Notes: generated by a model from the letters alone, not told the origin. A stretch of DNA of 64,000 nucleotides from Saccostrea cucullata (GCF_032062105.1 NW_026933071.1:186001-250000); one strand, 5' to 3'. Positions 1-13,329 are shown, numbered from the stretch's first letter. Numbers and translations are program-made.

Positions 1-455
1 CCTTATGATAGTTTAACTATGTGAAATGCAATGATATAAAAATTCTCAGCATCCAATTTTTAAACTTCAACTGTTATAAGCAAAGCTGAGTTCATCATGC
101 AAACCAAAAGAACATTCTCAGCCAACACACACTGCCTATTAGTGCTTTAGTATGGTGCTTAACATAATTTCTTGTTGGATAATTATATGGAGTCAGCTCT
201 TCAGGGCCAACATTAGCAAAGATATAATTTATATATATGCCAAACACTGTACTGCACATACATTACAAGAAGTGAATGGGGGAAATTCAGTCAAACTTCA
301 ATCCAATGTATACACTGCTTCATCTACGACAACATCATGTTCAAGCTGTTATATATACAAATGGATGATGTTAAAATTCAGTGTGCGATGGACTGTTTAA
401 TCCAGAGCCACTCAACCACGGATTTGGCACAGAGAAACTCTCCTGTTCGTTGTTT

Positions 456-3400
456 TTACTCGTAGTTACATCTGTAGGCCCTGATGATGTCTTTGATGGG
501 GGCTCGGCACACAGGGCATTTAGAACCCCGAGACATCAGCTGACGTCCACAGCCGTAACAAACGCACATGTGACCACACTGGTAGAGAACCGAGTCTGAG
601 AATTTGTCCAGGCAGATCAGACAGTGCGAGTCGTTGACTGGACGAGACTGACGGGAAGTAGCCGTCTCACGAGTTCCATCTACAAAATAATTGGCTGATT
701 ATTAAACAAGGACAATTGGACAATACCACCTCAAATAGTACATGTATTTAGTACCACAAAGTATGTACCGGTAATTTTATTTTTATGTTGTAAACAAAAG
801 TGGTAATATTTTTCAAGCACCTCAGTACGAAAATAAAATAAAACAGCATAATTGGTCATTTTGCCAAATAAAAAGTAATATAAATGAACATGTAATTTTT
901 TTTTTATTTTTGTCAACCATGAAGTACTCTTCCTACTCTTAAATAACGGTAGGTCAAACCTTTCAATGAACTACATGTATACATTTCTTTAAAAGTATAA
1001 GCCTCCAGAAATCAGGAGGAGCAGTAATGAGATATATGAACTTACCTGATTTTTCGGACATGGCTGCGGCCACTTCCTGCCTGATGGCCCTCTGGATGTC
1101 CAGTTGAAGGTCGAAGCTGACCTTTAACATGTTCTTCATCTCCTCAACCTGGGCTTTCAGACTGGCCATTTCTCGGCTCAGGTACATGTTGGACTGATAA
1201 AAACGAAATATTTGAAAATCAAATTTTTTGTAAGAAAAAGGATGCGCTTCTAAATAAACAAGTTAATTAACTGAGATTTTTAAATGTTGGTATTTTTTTA
1301 AATTTGATATTGTCACATTGACTTAAATTCATGTTTACTTATTAATAAATAAAACCAACTTAATAATTTTAGTCCATTTAAGTATCAGTCACATTATCCA
1401 GCGATGGGGTTTACGATGAGAAACCGATACGTTTTTTGATGAAAATGGCGTGGTGGCCGCCCGGACACTATTAGTGATCGGACGGTGACTGAAGCTATTT
1501 TGCGAATCGGTGGGGTCATCGGTAGGAAATAATTCATAGTTAAAAAATCAGCGATGTCTCCAACGATGCGCCTCATAGCTCCTCATCGGCAACCCATCAT
1601 TAACACATCTTTCACGAATCGGCCGATGTATGGCCGAGCATCGTCCAATATCCGTTGAATCTGAGGCCATCGTGGGGTTTAGTGGTGTTCAACAGATAAA
1701 GGCCGATCATCGGTCGATGTTCGACCAAACATTGGCCTGTAGACGACCCATGTTCGACCAAACATTGGCCTGTAGACGACCGATGTTCGAACGATGTTCA
1801 CCAACGTATGAGCGAAGTAATATACATTGGCCGATTATCCTGGAACATCGTTTTATGATTAGCGATGCATCGCTGGGCCTTTGTAAGTCCGGCCGGCAAC
1901 CACGCCATTTTTATCATAAAACGCATTGGTTGCCCATCGTATACCCATCGCTGGATAATGTGACTGATTCTTTAAGGACTACTAGGCCGATGTGGACCGA
2001 TGTTAGGGCATCGTTAACACCACGGATTACCACCGATTACCACCGGTCTACGGGCTACCGGCCAGGAAATGTGACCTAGGCATTAATAGAGCATGAAATT
2101 TTAACCTACTTCTCAAACTTTATATATTGACCTATTCACAAAGCTCCTTGTAATTTTTACCTGAGTGTAAGGCACTGCGTGAGCACTGACACTGGTGACT
2201 GAGATATTGTCCAGGTTATCTTGGTTATTGAGGGGAATCCCCAGGTGAGAGAAGTCGTTCCGGATGATCGGTTGTGTCGGTTGGAGGGATTGTACATACT
2301 CCTGTACCCTCTGGCCGTCAGAATCTGTACCTCTCATGTGATCCTATAATAAGCATAAACATGAATGTCATTGGAACTTCCTGCAGCATTATTTTACTTA
2401 TCTAAGAGATTGCCCTAATGACAGAAAATGAAGATGATGCTTGTATATTTTATTCCTTATTTTATTGTATTATATATTTTTATATGAATTGTGGAACATT
2501 CATAATTAATCTAAAGGTTAATTCATTATCAGAAGTGGCTTAATTTTTTTTAAAAATACAAGGCATAAAAAGAAAGATAACTCTTACAATGTGGCAAGTA
2601 ACATACATGCAGATAGAAATTTTATGAGACATGAATTACGTACCCTCATGGTAAGTTCTAGCGTGGTTCGGAAGTTTCCTTGTAGGGTGGAGGTAACCAG
2701 TTGACGGTGAACCAGCTCACTGATCTCTTGAATAAACTGCTCCTGTTGCATTTCCTCCATCACATGTTCAGGGATGTTACCAAGGTTAACGCTTTAAAAG
2801 GGAGAAAAACAGCCATGTTTAACTCATTTCAACTTTAAAAAAGAGTGACATCATATATTATAATCAAATTTCTTTTCAAATTCAAGTCTTAAATCTTTTA
2901 TCTTTGGGATTGATTTTTGGTGTTCAATTATAATTTTCATTCATCTGTGGAAAATAAGCATTCCCAAAAATCATCTGCATTTCAATATTCAAGAAAAAAG
3001 AGAAGCAGAGGTGTCACTCTTATAATAAATCAAACTAAGAATGACTGTACTGTACTCACTTATTCTCTTGTGAGTTGTTAACAGTAGGCTGTGGAAGACT
3101 TCTATTCTCATTACCTGAAAGAAAATAAAATCAATCTGTTGTCATTATTGAATTAAAAATAATTTTAACGTGGAAATACAAGTAAATAAAAATTCCTTAA
3201 ATTGGCACTGTCAAAAGATCTTTTTATTAATCTTACTGTGAGTGGATGATCCATTTGAGCTTGCTGTGCTGTGTGCGGACAATCCACTTCTTGCACTTGT
3301 GATGCTGTTACTCCTACTGCGTTCTTCATGTTGAAGCTGTTCCACAGGTCGGGGTATATTTTGTATTTCTGCCTCCATGGGCGTACCTTCTCTTGAAAGA

Positions 3401-4293
3401 CTGTTTGGGGTTGCAACAACAGATGGTGTTCCATCTCGAGACAGACTGTGGGGAGTTGTGTTATTTGTACTGAGGGGTGATGATTGTGGGGTGGTGCTCT
3501 GAGATGTACTGGGTTGGGGAGAAGCCCTGGGGCCCCGGGAAACATTTGAGACATTTGAGATAGTACCACGGATGATGTTTTCGAGCCGCCGTCTGAAGGC
3601 AGTGCCGAGCACGTTAGACACCCTCTGCTGCTCTACCAAGCCTTGGATTTCTACAACCACTGTCTCTGGGCGGATTTCGTCCACATTTTCCACGTTGACG
3701 GGAACATTTTCTTTTCCTGACTCTAGCTTAGCTTCCTGAGCTTGCATGTGTTTGGCGAAGAAGCTGTCAATGACATTTTTTCTACCAGTACTAGTTACAG
3801 GCCTTTCTCCATACTGAATCTGACGAAGCTCATACATACGATCGCTGCAAAGCATGCAAAATAAATACATTAGTTTAATGAAAACAAGCACATCTCTTAA
3901 TTACTCGTCTTTGGGAAGTCTATAAATAAAATTCTATAGGTGTCAGCACAGGGGCATCTTATCCACTCTGTTCTCTACTTCACATATAAAAATATGTGAA
4001 GTAGAGAACAGAGTGGATAAGATGCCCCTGTGGTGTCAGGTTTAATTTAAATGACAGTCATGTCGATTTTACAATCTAACAGTGCTCTAAACAGAATAAT
4101 TATGAATTCTTGATGTTGACGGTTAAAAATACCATTTTGTCCTCTCCAAGAACTCTGACAAGCCCTCGTCTTGACCTTCGGCCTTTCCTGCAGGTTCCTC
4201 CAGAATTTTCTCTTGTTTCGCCTCTGTCTTCATGTTAGATAATTCCTGTCGTTGGTCTTGTTCGCTGAAATCTGTAACACCTCCTTCTGCCAT
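456..4293 (-). CDS. Uncharacterised RING-HC (C3HC4, neuralized/IAP-like RING) E3 ubiquitin ligase, ~508 aa, 7 exons
   Basis: Exons 4133-4293, 3237-3844, 3060-3114, 2644-2791, 2161-2343, 1046-1193, 456-679; all GT-AG and phase-compatible, total 1527 nt. C-terminus CLICLDKFSDSVLYQCGHMCVCYGCGRQLMSRGSKCPVCRAPIKDIIRAY, preceded by coiled coil ...LQLDIQRAIRQEVAAAM. No NHR domains, so not neuralized itself. Confidence 0.88.
1387..1966. mobile_element. MITE-like element with ~80-bp inverted repeats in a RING-gene intron
   Basis: agtcacattatccagcgatggg...ggcgtggtggccgcccggac (1387-1470) is the reverse complement of gtccggccggcaaccacgcc...cccatcgctggataatgtgact (~1885-1966). Interior is CGAT-rich with a 33-bp tandem duplication, and a further terminus-like ...aatgtgacctagg lies near 2070. 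Confidence 0.7.
3947..4032. mobile_element. 86-bp perfect foldback mini-element with 7-bp target-site duplication
   Basis: 41-bp perfect inverted arms (cacaggggcatc...cacatat / atatgtg...gatgcccctgtg) flanked on both sides by GTGTCAG. Confidence 0.85.
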
Positions 4294-4524
4294 CCTAAAT
4301 ACTTCCCCCAAAGTTTTATACCGGGTAGGTGGAACCGTCAAGAGTAATGTTACTATTCTTAGCAATTACCTGTTCATGAGTCAGTATGTTTTGACAACAA
4401 TCTCCCGGACTATTTCGGGTTTATCGTAATTTCAGCCTTTACTTACGAAAACTCTAGAGGACTTTTGACGTCAAACTAAAGCACGCAGACGCGCGAAGTT
4501 CAAAGGGATCAGACACACTGAAAA
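4294..4524. promoter_or_regulatory. Bidirectional promoter between the RING gene and CCDC172, with a CRE palindrome
   Basis: Divergent ATGs are ~230 bp apart; CpG-containing stretch; tttTGACGTCAaa at 4464-4475. Confidence 0.6.
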
Positions 4525-7500
4525 ATGACGACAAGTTTAGACGATCTTTTTAATCAGATTATTCATTCAGAGCTTCATGCACAACAAAAGAAGAAGTACC
4601 ATCATGACTGTAAGACTCTTTTCACTCCATTATTTTTTTTATCATATGAAATGAGCGCATTCATTATCAGTGATAATTCATGGACAAGGTAAAATAAATA
4701 GGCCTAGATCTATGGGTTGAGGTTTAAAAAAAGAAAAAGATATTTGGAGTAGAGTCCAGAGTGAAATGAGTACTCCATATTACATGTATGATATCCCTAC
4801 CCCCAGTCACATCCCAGTGACGAAGCATCGTTTTTGAAAGTGAGGGAGAGTTTTAACTTCATATTAAAAAAAAACCGCTGTGACCAGATAGACAGGCGAT
4901 CGCACAAGATAAGTTACACTGTAACCAGAAACATAAATTATATTAATGTTTCCGTTGTAACCGAGCCCCTATGTCAAATCTGCCACTACCATAAAGGCGT
5001 CGGAACCGGGGACCCCCCTTTTTGCAAAGTACGTTGAAGTTTAGCCTTTGGAGGTCCAAAAAGGGTAATTGGTAGAGGTTTGGAAAAAAGTTTGGTACTG
5101 AAAATGATGGATAGGCTACTATAACAACCCCCACCCCCACACTCCTAGGAAATAGGTTTTTCGTGTTTGGACAATGAACAAATTTCCGTTTTTTCCCTTT
5201 TTTTATTGCTAGGACATCAAGTTTTTTCGTTGGTTGGACATTCTTTTTCACTTACCCCCCCCCCTCCCCGCCCCTCCCATTTAAATTTGCTTCCAACGCC
5301 AATGTACTAATATAATTTCTTTTCAGCATACCCTTTCCATGCTTTCCTTTTTGATAAACATATTCACCATATTTTCTATAAAATAGACCAGAAATGCTCT
5401 TGGGGAAATCTTTTTTTGTATTTTGTGTGCGTAAATGGGGTGAGGGGAGCTACATGTAGGGCCTATGTAACAAACCTCAGTACAAGCCCTTGATTACACC
5501 CTATAGTGGTTTATAACCCAAAATCTTCACTTAAACAAAACTAAATCGTACATGTATACACTGTAAAAAGAAGTGTAAATAATTTAACACAATTATTAAC
5601 ACTATTCTGGAAACACTTAATTCACACGTTAAAGTGTGAATACATTAACGGGTGTGTTAATCTATAAACATGTAGAAATGTTAATTAAAATTAACGCATT
5701 ACACGTTAAAAACCCTGGAAACACTTAATTCACGCTTTAACGTGTTAATTCTGAAATTGGTGTTTAACATTTAACACACGTTTCCAAAAAATAGAATCCT
5801 CATTATTATCCCTTTGTCTGTTGTCCTGTAGGAAAAAACAAACATAAATACATATCGTACGAGAATTATTTTATTTTTCAACACGTACGTGCATGTAAAA
5901 TTGCTCACTAAATTAGTTCAAATTTGTAGTTTTGTATAAAGATGCCACCAAACCAATGTTTTAAAATATTCCAAAACAGTCCGTAGATTACTGCAAGGGT
6001 AGTCCAATTCAAATACATAATACGATTTTGCCATGAGCACACACAGCAGTCATAAAGGATACCATTGTTTCTTTTTTAATCCGTTTACCATGTTTACGTC
6101 CAAATTTTCCTCACATTTTAAGTAATCGTCTGATTAGGCGAATACAATTTAAAATAACGTTCTAAGTTGGTATCCAAGATACAGTATAATAATTCAAAGT
6201 CCAAGGAGAAATAATTTAGATTCACCACCATATAAGTCCAAAATTGTCAAGTTCACAAAGGAAAACGTCTCCAATGATCGATGTACATGTACATGTATAT
6301 CACAAAATCCTTCATCATTTAAAAAAGCTACTTTGGAATGGTCTATTCCTCTTCAGACTCAGGATGCTTTGAAATTCTTGGATGACAGGTCTTCTATTGA
6401 CTGGACATTCTAAAAAAAATGATGGAAATCCATAAGCAAATACTTAATACAACGGTTATAAATTAGTACAATATCTATTCTTTGTTTACATGGTTTACTT
6501 GACTCAACCGACCAAAGAATGCAAAAATGGAAGTGTTTGAAAAATAATATTTACATAAAATGTTATTGAAATAGAATTTGTACTACAATTCGTGTAGAAA
6601 TAACTTAAAAATCAACTCACCTTTGCTCACAAGAACATACAATCAAGTTGGTCTTGCTTTCTTTGAATTTTCTGCTGACTGCTTTCTTTGAAACAAAGAA
6701 ATTACTGATGCGGCGGCAAAAGGTCAGCTAGAGAGAGGTCAGTTTCAGTGATGTAATTCATCACTAATTTAAACACTTAATGTGTTAATGAAATAATACC
6801 TACTTTTAACACGGGTGTTAATAGTTAACAATATCGTATGTTCTATTACTAGCTTTTGAGTGTTTTTTTTCACCAAATGCAATTCAAGGATTTTTAATGA
6901 TATTCTGACGAACAGGCCAGGAGTATTACTCATTATATGTCAGCTAGTGTAGATGTGATACATATAAATTGATATACACCAAACAATTATAATAATATAC
7001 ATATTAGTGAAATAAGGTATTAAATATGTTCAGAAAATATACCAGTTGGGGTGTTACAAAATTCTTACACATCAAAGTGTTTTGCATTCTAAATTTAAAA
7101 CAAAATGTAAAGAAAATGGTGATATTAATTAAAATAAACTTGCAAGAAGATTTAGGAGCTATTAACACATAATATGTTTAAGCGGAATACATGGAATGCT
7201 TACATGTTCATGTGTTAAAGATTTTACACCTTTAATATATGACATGTTAAAGATTTAACACTGCCGTAAATCAATTAACATATGAACATGTTAAAAATGA
7301 ACACTACTTTTTACAGTGTATATAATGCAAAATTGCAGCATATGATAAGATTACATGTCCTTATTAAAGTTCAATATTTTTTGTTTTGTAGTAAAATGTA
7401 GGATCCAGTCGACTTTAGCCAGAAAAGATGGATTACAGAAAAAACACAAAGAGTTACAAAGAGAACTGATATGTAAAGTAAGTTTAACAGAAAAATGATG

Positions 7501-10500
7501 CAGAAGATCTATTGGGAGACCAGATTTTCAGTTTGTTCCACCACGAAAATGGAAATAAACTTCAACTTGATGAAATTAATTTGGACAGCACACTCCATCC
7601 CCAATTTAATTATCCTGACTTGCTGAATTAACTTTTTGTCCCCCGCTTGAAAAGTGGGGGATATTAATTTGGGTTTGTCCGTCCGTCCGTCCGTCCGTCT
7701 TTCTGTCTGTCTGTAACGCTTTCGTTTCCACACGATATCTCGAGAACCCTGTAAGCTTTTGCAATGAAATTTAGCACAGCAACTCCCTATGGACTAAAGA
7801 AGACCCCTATTGATTTTGAGGTCAAAAGGTCAAAGGGCAAGGTCATAAATAAGCAAATTCTGTCTGTTAAAACACTTTCGTTTCCACACGATATCTCTAG
7901 AACCATTTGAGCTATTGCAATGAAATTTTACATAACAACTCCCTGTGGCCTAAGGAAGACCCCTATTGATTTTGAGGTCAAAAGGTCAAAGTTCAAGGTC
8001 GTAAATTTATACATTCTGTCTGTGTATAATATTATCATTTTCGGGCGATATTTGAAGAAGATTTTGAGCTTATGCAATGTAATTTTATACCAAAACTCCC
8101 TAGGACGTCTCTCGCCCCTCTCAAAGTGCCCCGCCCCGTTTGTTTTATTAGTATTTATAGTATTACATGTCGCTATTTTTAGCGCAGGGGCATGAGGAGA
8201 GTTTTTGCGTATAAAACAGGTTCTCGGCGGACTTTATGTTCTTATTACATCTATTAGAACTGTTTAATAAAGGCTAAATAAATCAAACACCATGGATTGT
8301 GTAAAATTTTGAGAATACCGAACATGAAAACATGAATATATACATATATGTGACTTCAGTTCTGCATATACTTCTCATCGGTTAAAGCGATTCCGTGGTC
8401 CAGTGGTCATGTCTCTCGTTTCTAATGCGAGAGGTTCCGGGATCGAATCTCGGTCGATCCTATCTTTTTTTTTTAAATTACTTTTTTTTTCACTAAATGA
8501 TAGTATTCAGCATGTGAAATGAAAAATTTATGAGGTTATAAAATCATTATTACAGTGTGATAAATATTCCATATAAAAAGAATCTTCTATACACATAATA
8601 AAGAATAAGCAATCAAATCTTTAAATGCATATTCACATACATGTATTTTATTTGCTTCAGTATACATGTATACATTTAATAATTCTACAAATTTAATTAT
8701 TTACAACTAAGTCAGGGGGATTCGACACCCCCGCCCCCCCTCCACGAACTGCGCATGGTTTACTTTTTCCCTAAGCGGGGGACACAAATTCTCTGAATTA
8801 GCTTGTTTTCTTTCAAATCATATTTCTTGGACATATTTGCAGTACAGTGCAAGTGCATGCAAACTAATTTTGATTGTGTAGACTTCTTTTTATTTGTTTT
8901 TTTTTTAATAAAATCCATTTCTTCCAATGTAGACAAATTTGTTAATCCAAGAAGAGGTGAATTTGAAGTGTTTAGATCACAGGGAACAAATCCTACGTGA
9001 CGAAAAGGCCGCTTTAGAGACGGAAAAACAACGTGTCCAGAAATGTCTGGTTTGTGTTAGTTCAACTTCCACTTCCGAATTTTATATTTCATTGAAAAAA
9101 AAAATTATTAGTTATTGGATAGGGACAATTTTGATGGTAACAAACCTTTCATTTTTATTGTTGGTCTAATACAAAAATTATAAATCTGAAAAAAAAAATC
9201 ATTATTTGTCATGATTTTACAGTCTTACAACACATGACATGATGCACACACTGTGACACACCATATTATCTGTTCATTTATTTATTGGTTGATTGTTTTA
9301 AACTATTTATTTATCTTACATTGATGCAGATAGACACGCAGCATAGAAAGTCTGAGGCACTGGAGGGGTTTTGTCGTGGGGTTAGGGGCTTCATACAGGG
9401 TTACGGGTTACAGAGTGGGGGTCATCAACGTAGAAAAGAGGAGCATCAGAAAGTATTGGAGGAGGCTAAACAGACGGCAATAAGCCTAAGAGCAGGTAAC
9501 CCCCCCCCCTCTCTCTCTGTGCGTGTGCATGCGAAGGGGATCTTTTAACTAAGAAGTGGAGCTGGATTACTTTAATTGACACTTAGATCTGCCAGTATTC
9601 AAAGTTAATCTCCAATTTTACTCGTATTTGTTTTGCTGGATTACAGTGAAGTAATGACTTTAGTGGCTCCTTGCAGAATAGTTCTGATGATTTTTTGCTG
9701 AAGATTAAATGCTGCAATTTCCAGGGAAACATGACCTAGTTTTATTGCATTAAAAACTTTGTATTCCCACAGAGTTGGATGTCATGAAAGAAAGACATAG
9801 AAGTTTGGAAGAGATGGAAAAGCAACTCAATAATGAACAACAAAGACATCAAAATCTTCAGAAAACGAAAGAAGGTTAGCATACAATCATGTAGAGAATA
9901 TTCTGATTCAAAGTTACTGTGATACCTGTGTTATAAAAATACTCCTTAATTCATCTACCTGGTTACAACGGACACACGAAATCTGGAAAGGCCATGTAGT
10001 TCACTTATTGCATCATGGTACTATCGAGTTTTAATTGGGTTGAAATTCAAAAAGCGCTGCTGATGAAGCTAGCTATGGTTAGATGACAATGAAGCGATTG
10101 CGTGACAAGCGATGCGGATGATGTGATGGCGCAAAAGTGCAATGACACGATTGCGATAACACAATGGAGCGAAAACAATGTCGCCACAGCACGATGAAGC
10201 GATATTCTCTATCGCCCTATTGTGTTACATGTAGCACCATTGTCATCGCATTGTCGCACCATCGATCCTTTGATGTTCGAATGTGCAAATAACCCTGTGG
10301 CCCTATCTAAATTAAAATCTCAAAGATGTATTTTAAGACATATTATAAGTCTATGATAAACATAGAATTTTTATGCACTTTTTAATAACTGTCCATATGT
10401 CGACAAGACTACATTGTAGGTTCGACAATTTATTCTAGATTTTGATGGCGAATTTACACGTAAGACATTTTAATGCATCTTTTATGTCGACCAAACTAAA

Positions 10501-11799
10501 TTGTTCATGTCTTCCCTCAGATCTTGACGGTGAATTAAAGAAATTAAAAGACCAGACAGATATCCTTACAGCCAGAAAAACAGAGTTAAACATGGTGCCT
10601 CATACCGATCCAGAATTTTTAAGGTAACCTCTCCATGCTCTCGTAGGAACTTAAAATATACCGGTATGCATTTCAATATCGTAAAGGCCATAGAATCTTA
10701 AAACATAAACTTTTTAATAAATATTGATGAAAATAAAAATGTAATACTGACTGTCACTGACTAGCTAGTATTACGAATTCTTAAAGTTTGAGTAAGGACC
10801 TAGAAATTGCCAATGGAGAACGTCTAGAGGAGAAGTGTATGGCTTTACAGCAGGAACTTCAGCGTCTGCAACAGATTTTGTGGCAGAAGCAGGTCAGAGA
10901 GCGAAAACGATTGGTGGCATCATCCCAGCAACATCCGCAACAACGATCTGTGGCGGCATCTCAGCAACAACCACCCAAAGAAAAGGTCAGTACTCAGATA
11001 AATCTAGGGTAGACAGTTTGTGCCAGTTGATTCCCAATTATAATTTTAGTTCTGTTGCTTAATTAGGTATAAGTAGCGTTCAAATAATGATATAATTTAT
11101 GAAAAATATTGTATGATGAACACTAAAATAATATTTTTGAAGAACATGAGCTAGTGTGATTTGTTGATTGTACCAGCTAGGAAAACAAACTTATCTAGTT
11201 ATTATGCCCCCACCGCTTTTCGAAGAAGGGAGGGTATATTGCTTTGCTGCTGTCTGTCTGTCTGTTAGTCCACCATCAGTTTCCATTCATTTTATTCAGA
11301 GGTTGCACATTTTAAAATGAAATTTTTTATACAGATTTATCATAATAATATCTACTATCTAGGTCAAGTTCTGTTTTGGTACACAATTGAGTCATTTCAG
11401 ACAGCTATGCTCCTTAGACTTAGAATTTCAAATCATTAGCAGTTTTCGTTCATTTTGTCTGCAGAGGTTACACATACAGAAATGATTTTTGGTATACATA
11501 TTTATCAAAAGAATATCTATGTCAAGGTCCGTTTTGGATACAACCGAGTTATTTTGGATAGAGTTATGTCCCTTGCACTTAGAAAAAAATCCAATTATTT
11601 TGGGGAGAGGGCATAAATGTTTTACAAACATTTATCGTTTTCATAAAATTTTTGATTAAGATTTTTTTCTTTGCTTTGCGTAAAAATTAAAACCTTTTAA
11701 TTTTGTTTTCATCATCAGCTGATTAGAACAGAACTTGAGACAAATAGCAACAGAATGACGGTGTCTAACTTCAGTACTGGAGAGGATATCCCGAAATAG
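4525..11799 (+). CDS. CCDC172: Coiled-coil domain-containing protein 172 ortholog, ~312 aa, 8 exons
   Basis: Exons 4525-4609, 7392-7477, 8933-9049, 9330-9495, 9773-9874, 10521-10623, 10787-10985, 11719-11799 (939 nt, phases consistent). N-terminus MTTSLDDLFNQIIHSELHAQQ and PHTDPEFLSLSKDLE...ALQQELQRL match recalled CCDC172 motifs (MSLESLFQHIIFTEHQAEE; PQNDTECLRLKKELE...ALQTEIEFL). Confidence 0.8.
4990..5305. mobile_element. Short MITE with GGCGTCGGAA-type termini
   Basis: aaggcgtcggaacc at the left end and gcttccaacgccaatg at the right end form degenerate inverted termini; C-rich subterminal runs. Confidence 0.5.
5559..7318. mobile_element. Non-autonomous CMC/EnSpm-type DNA transposon
   Basis: Termini CACTGTAAAAAGAAGTGT / ACACTACTTTTTACAGTG with 2-bp TA duplication; many subterminal ttaacac/gtgttaa repeats. 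Confidence 0.8.
7630..8808 (+). mobile_element. Non-autonomous Helentron/HINE (DINE-1-like) element
   Basis: 5' tttgtccccgctt...aagtggggga stem, (GTCC)n microsatellite, ~150-bp internal tandem units, 3' aagcgggggaca subterminal IR plus short hairpin before cttgtttt. Confidence 0.7.
8390..8475 (+). pseudogene. tRNA-Pro-derived pseudo-tRNA / SINE-like head
   Basis: A box TGGTCCAGTGG; anticodon arm CTCGT-TTCTAAT-GCGAG; T arm CCGGG-ATCGAAT-CTCGG; followed by a T-run. Resembles tRNA-Pro (CTCGC..GCGAGAGGTCCCGGG), but the acceptor stem does not pair. Confidence 0.6.
11200..11640 (+). mobile_element. Non-autonomous Helentron-type element
   Basis: ttatgcccc...cgaagaaggg start, (CTGT)n, two ~160-bp internal units, ggggcataaatgttttacaaacattt end. 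Confidence 0.6.
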
Positions 11800-13329
11800 A
11801 ACCGGTGTAGGAAGGTATTATAGAGCCGGCGCAGGAAAGGATTGCCCTGATATAGAACAGACAGAGGAAAAAGAAAACAGACTCAAGAGAGGATATCCTC
11901 AAACAGAGACACGATGGAATTTTAATTTAATGCGGTGATAATTTAGTGTCTATGTTACAGGGAAATTTGATTGGACTGTCTGATATATTAGATTTATAAT
12001 TAAAAAAAAATTGATCATCTGCCGAGTGTAAGAGAATGGATATTGAATGAGAGGAAATGCCAAGTCTGACTATTTTTACATGAATTGTTTAATTCTGTAG
12101 TAACTGAGATGACTTTTCTGAAACTATCATTTACAAGTTATTAAAGGTTTTCTTTTCTTTATTTTTGAACTTTCCACAATCTTTTATAAATTGATAATAA
12201 TCAAGAATAAAGGAAGATTATATGTAAAAAAGAAGTTAGCCATCTATTGGTATTTGAAGAAATGGATTTTTAAAATACTTTAAATCGCATAAAATCTACT
12301 GATTTAAAAGTTAAGGTGGAATATCCCTCTGATAAGGGAGATTACTCTTTTGATAAGAGAGATAACTTTCTGCAGATATTTTGTCTTCATTAAATTCAGT
12401 GAATTTTCATGCCCGAATTTACAAATTTCATTCATATGAACTATTTTACAGTCAATTCAATCAACCCTATTCTATCGTACAGATGTTGATTTCTAGTTTC
12501 TATCGCTAATATATTTATTATTTATTTATAAAAGATTACCTTAACATTTATGCTCAGTTCCTTTAAATGGTGTAAATTGAGAAATTTCTATTTCTTAACG
12601 TATAAGTTTTTTAATTGTACAGAAATTTCAGATGCAGATTTGTTTATAAACATTTAATTAATATTTTGTTCCATTCAAAAATATTTTCAAGGGCGATAAT
12701 GGAACGATAACTCTTGTTTATGGATGCGTATTATTTTACATGCTCAGAAAACAATTTGATATTCTGGTTAAAAAAGCAACGCTTCAGTATGTTTTCTAAT
12801 AGGAATTAGGTATGAGAGCAAATATTATTTTCATATATACCTCATATTTCTAATTTAGTTGTGAGATAAAAAAATAATTGATCTTTCTATTTGCCATATC
12901 GAATTTTCTTGATTTGACTTATTATTCATTTCTGAAAAATTAAGCAACGCTTCATGCTTCAAACTATTTTCCATTTGAATTTAAATAAAATTTATGCTTT
13001 AAAAAAAAAAGTGAAATTTGGAAATTGCCCCTTAATATAAAAATAAATATGCTTAGTTAAAGATATACCATATTCATGATCATTATTTCAAGAAATACAG
13101 GTAAAGTGAGAAAGGGGTCAAACACCGTTGGAAACATCCAAGTTACATGTATTATACAAATACTGCATTTTCTTTTAAATTAACCCCAGGAACACGTGTG
13201 AAAATAATTTCTTCTATACAAAGGTACATGTATATTAACTCTATTCAGAATGGATATAAGAGGTATTATTTGATTCTTATTCCATCGGGATAACTTTATT
13301 CGTCATTTCTGAACACACAGCCAAGAGAC

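Noticed and set aside
456-679. Calling the RING gene neuralized
   Set aside because: Only the RING is similar; no NHR domains are present in the spliced product.
1630-2079. 149-aa ORF with a repeated MFDQTLACRRP peptide
   Set aside because: Lies within a MITE; the repeat is a 33-bp DNA duplication; no recognisable domain.
8390-8462. Amber (CTA) suppressor tRNA
   Set aside because: The acceptor stem cannot pair and the sequence lies inside a repeat; it is a pseudo-tRNA.
12311-13035. TTAA-flanked Kolobok-like element
   Set aside because: Only a few terminal bases (ttaagg...ccttaa) match; too degenerate to support.
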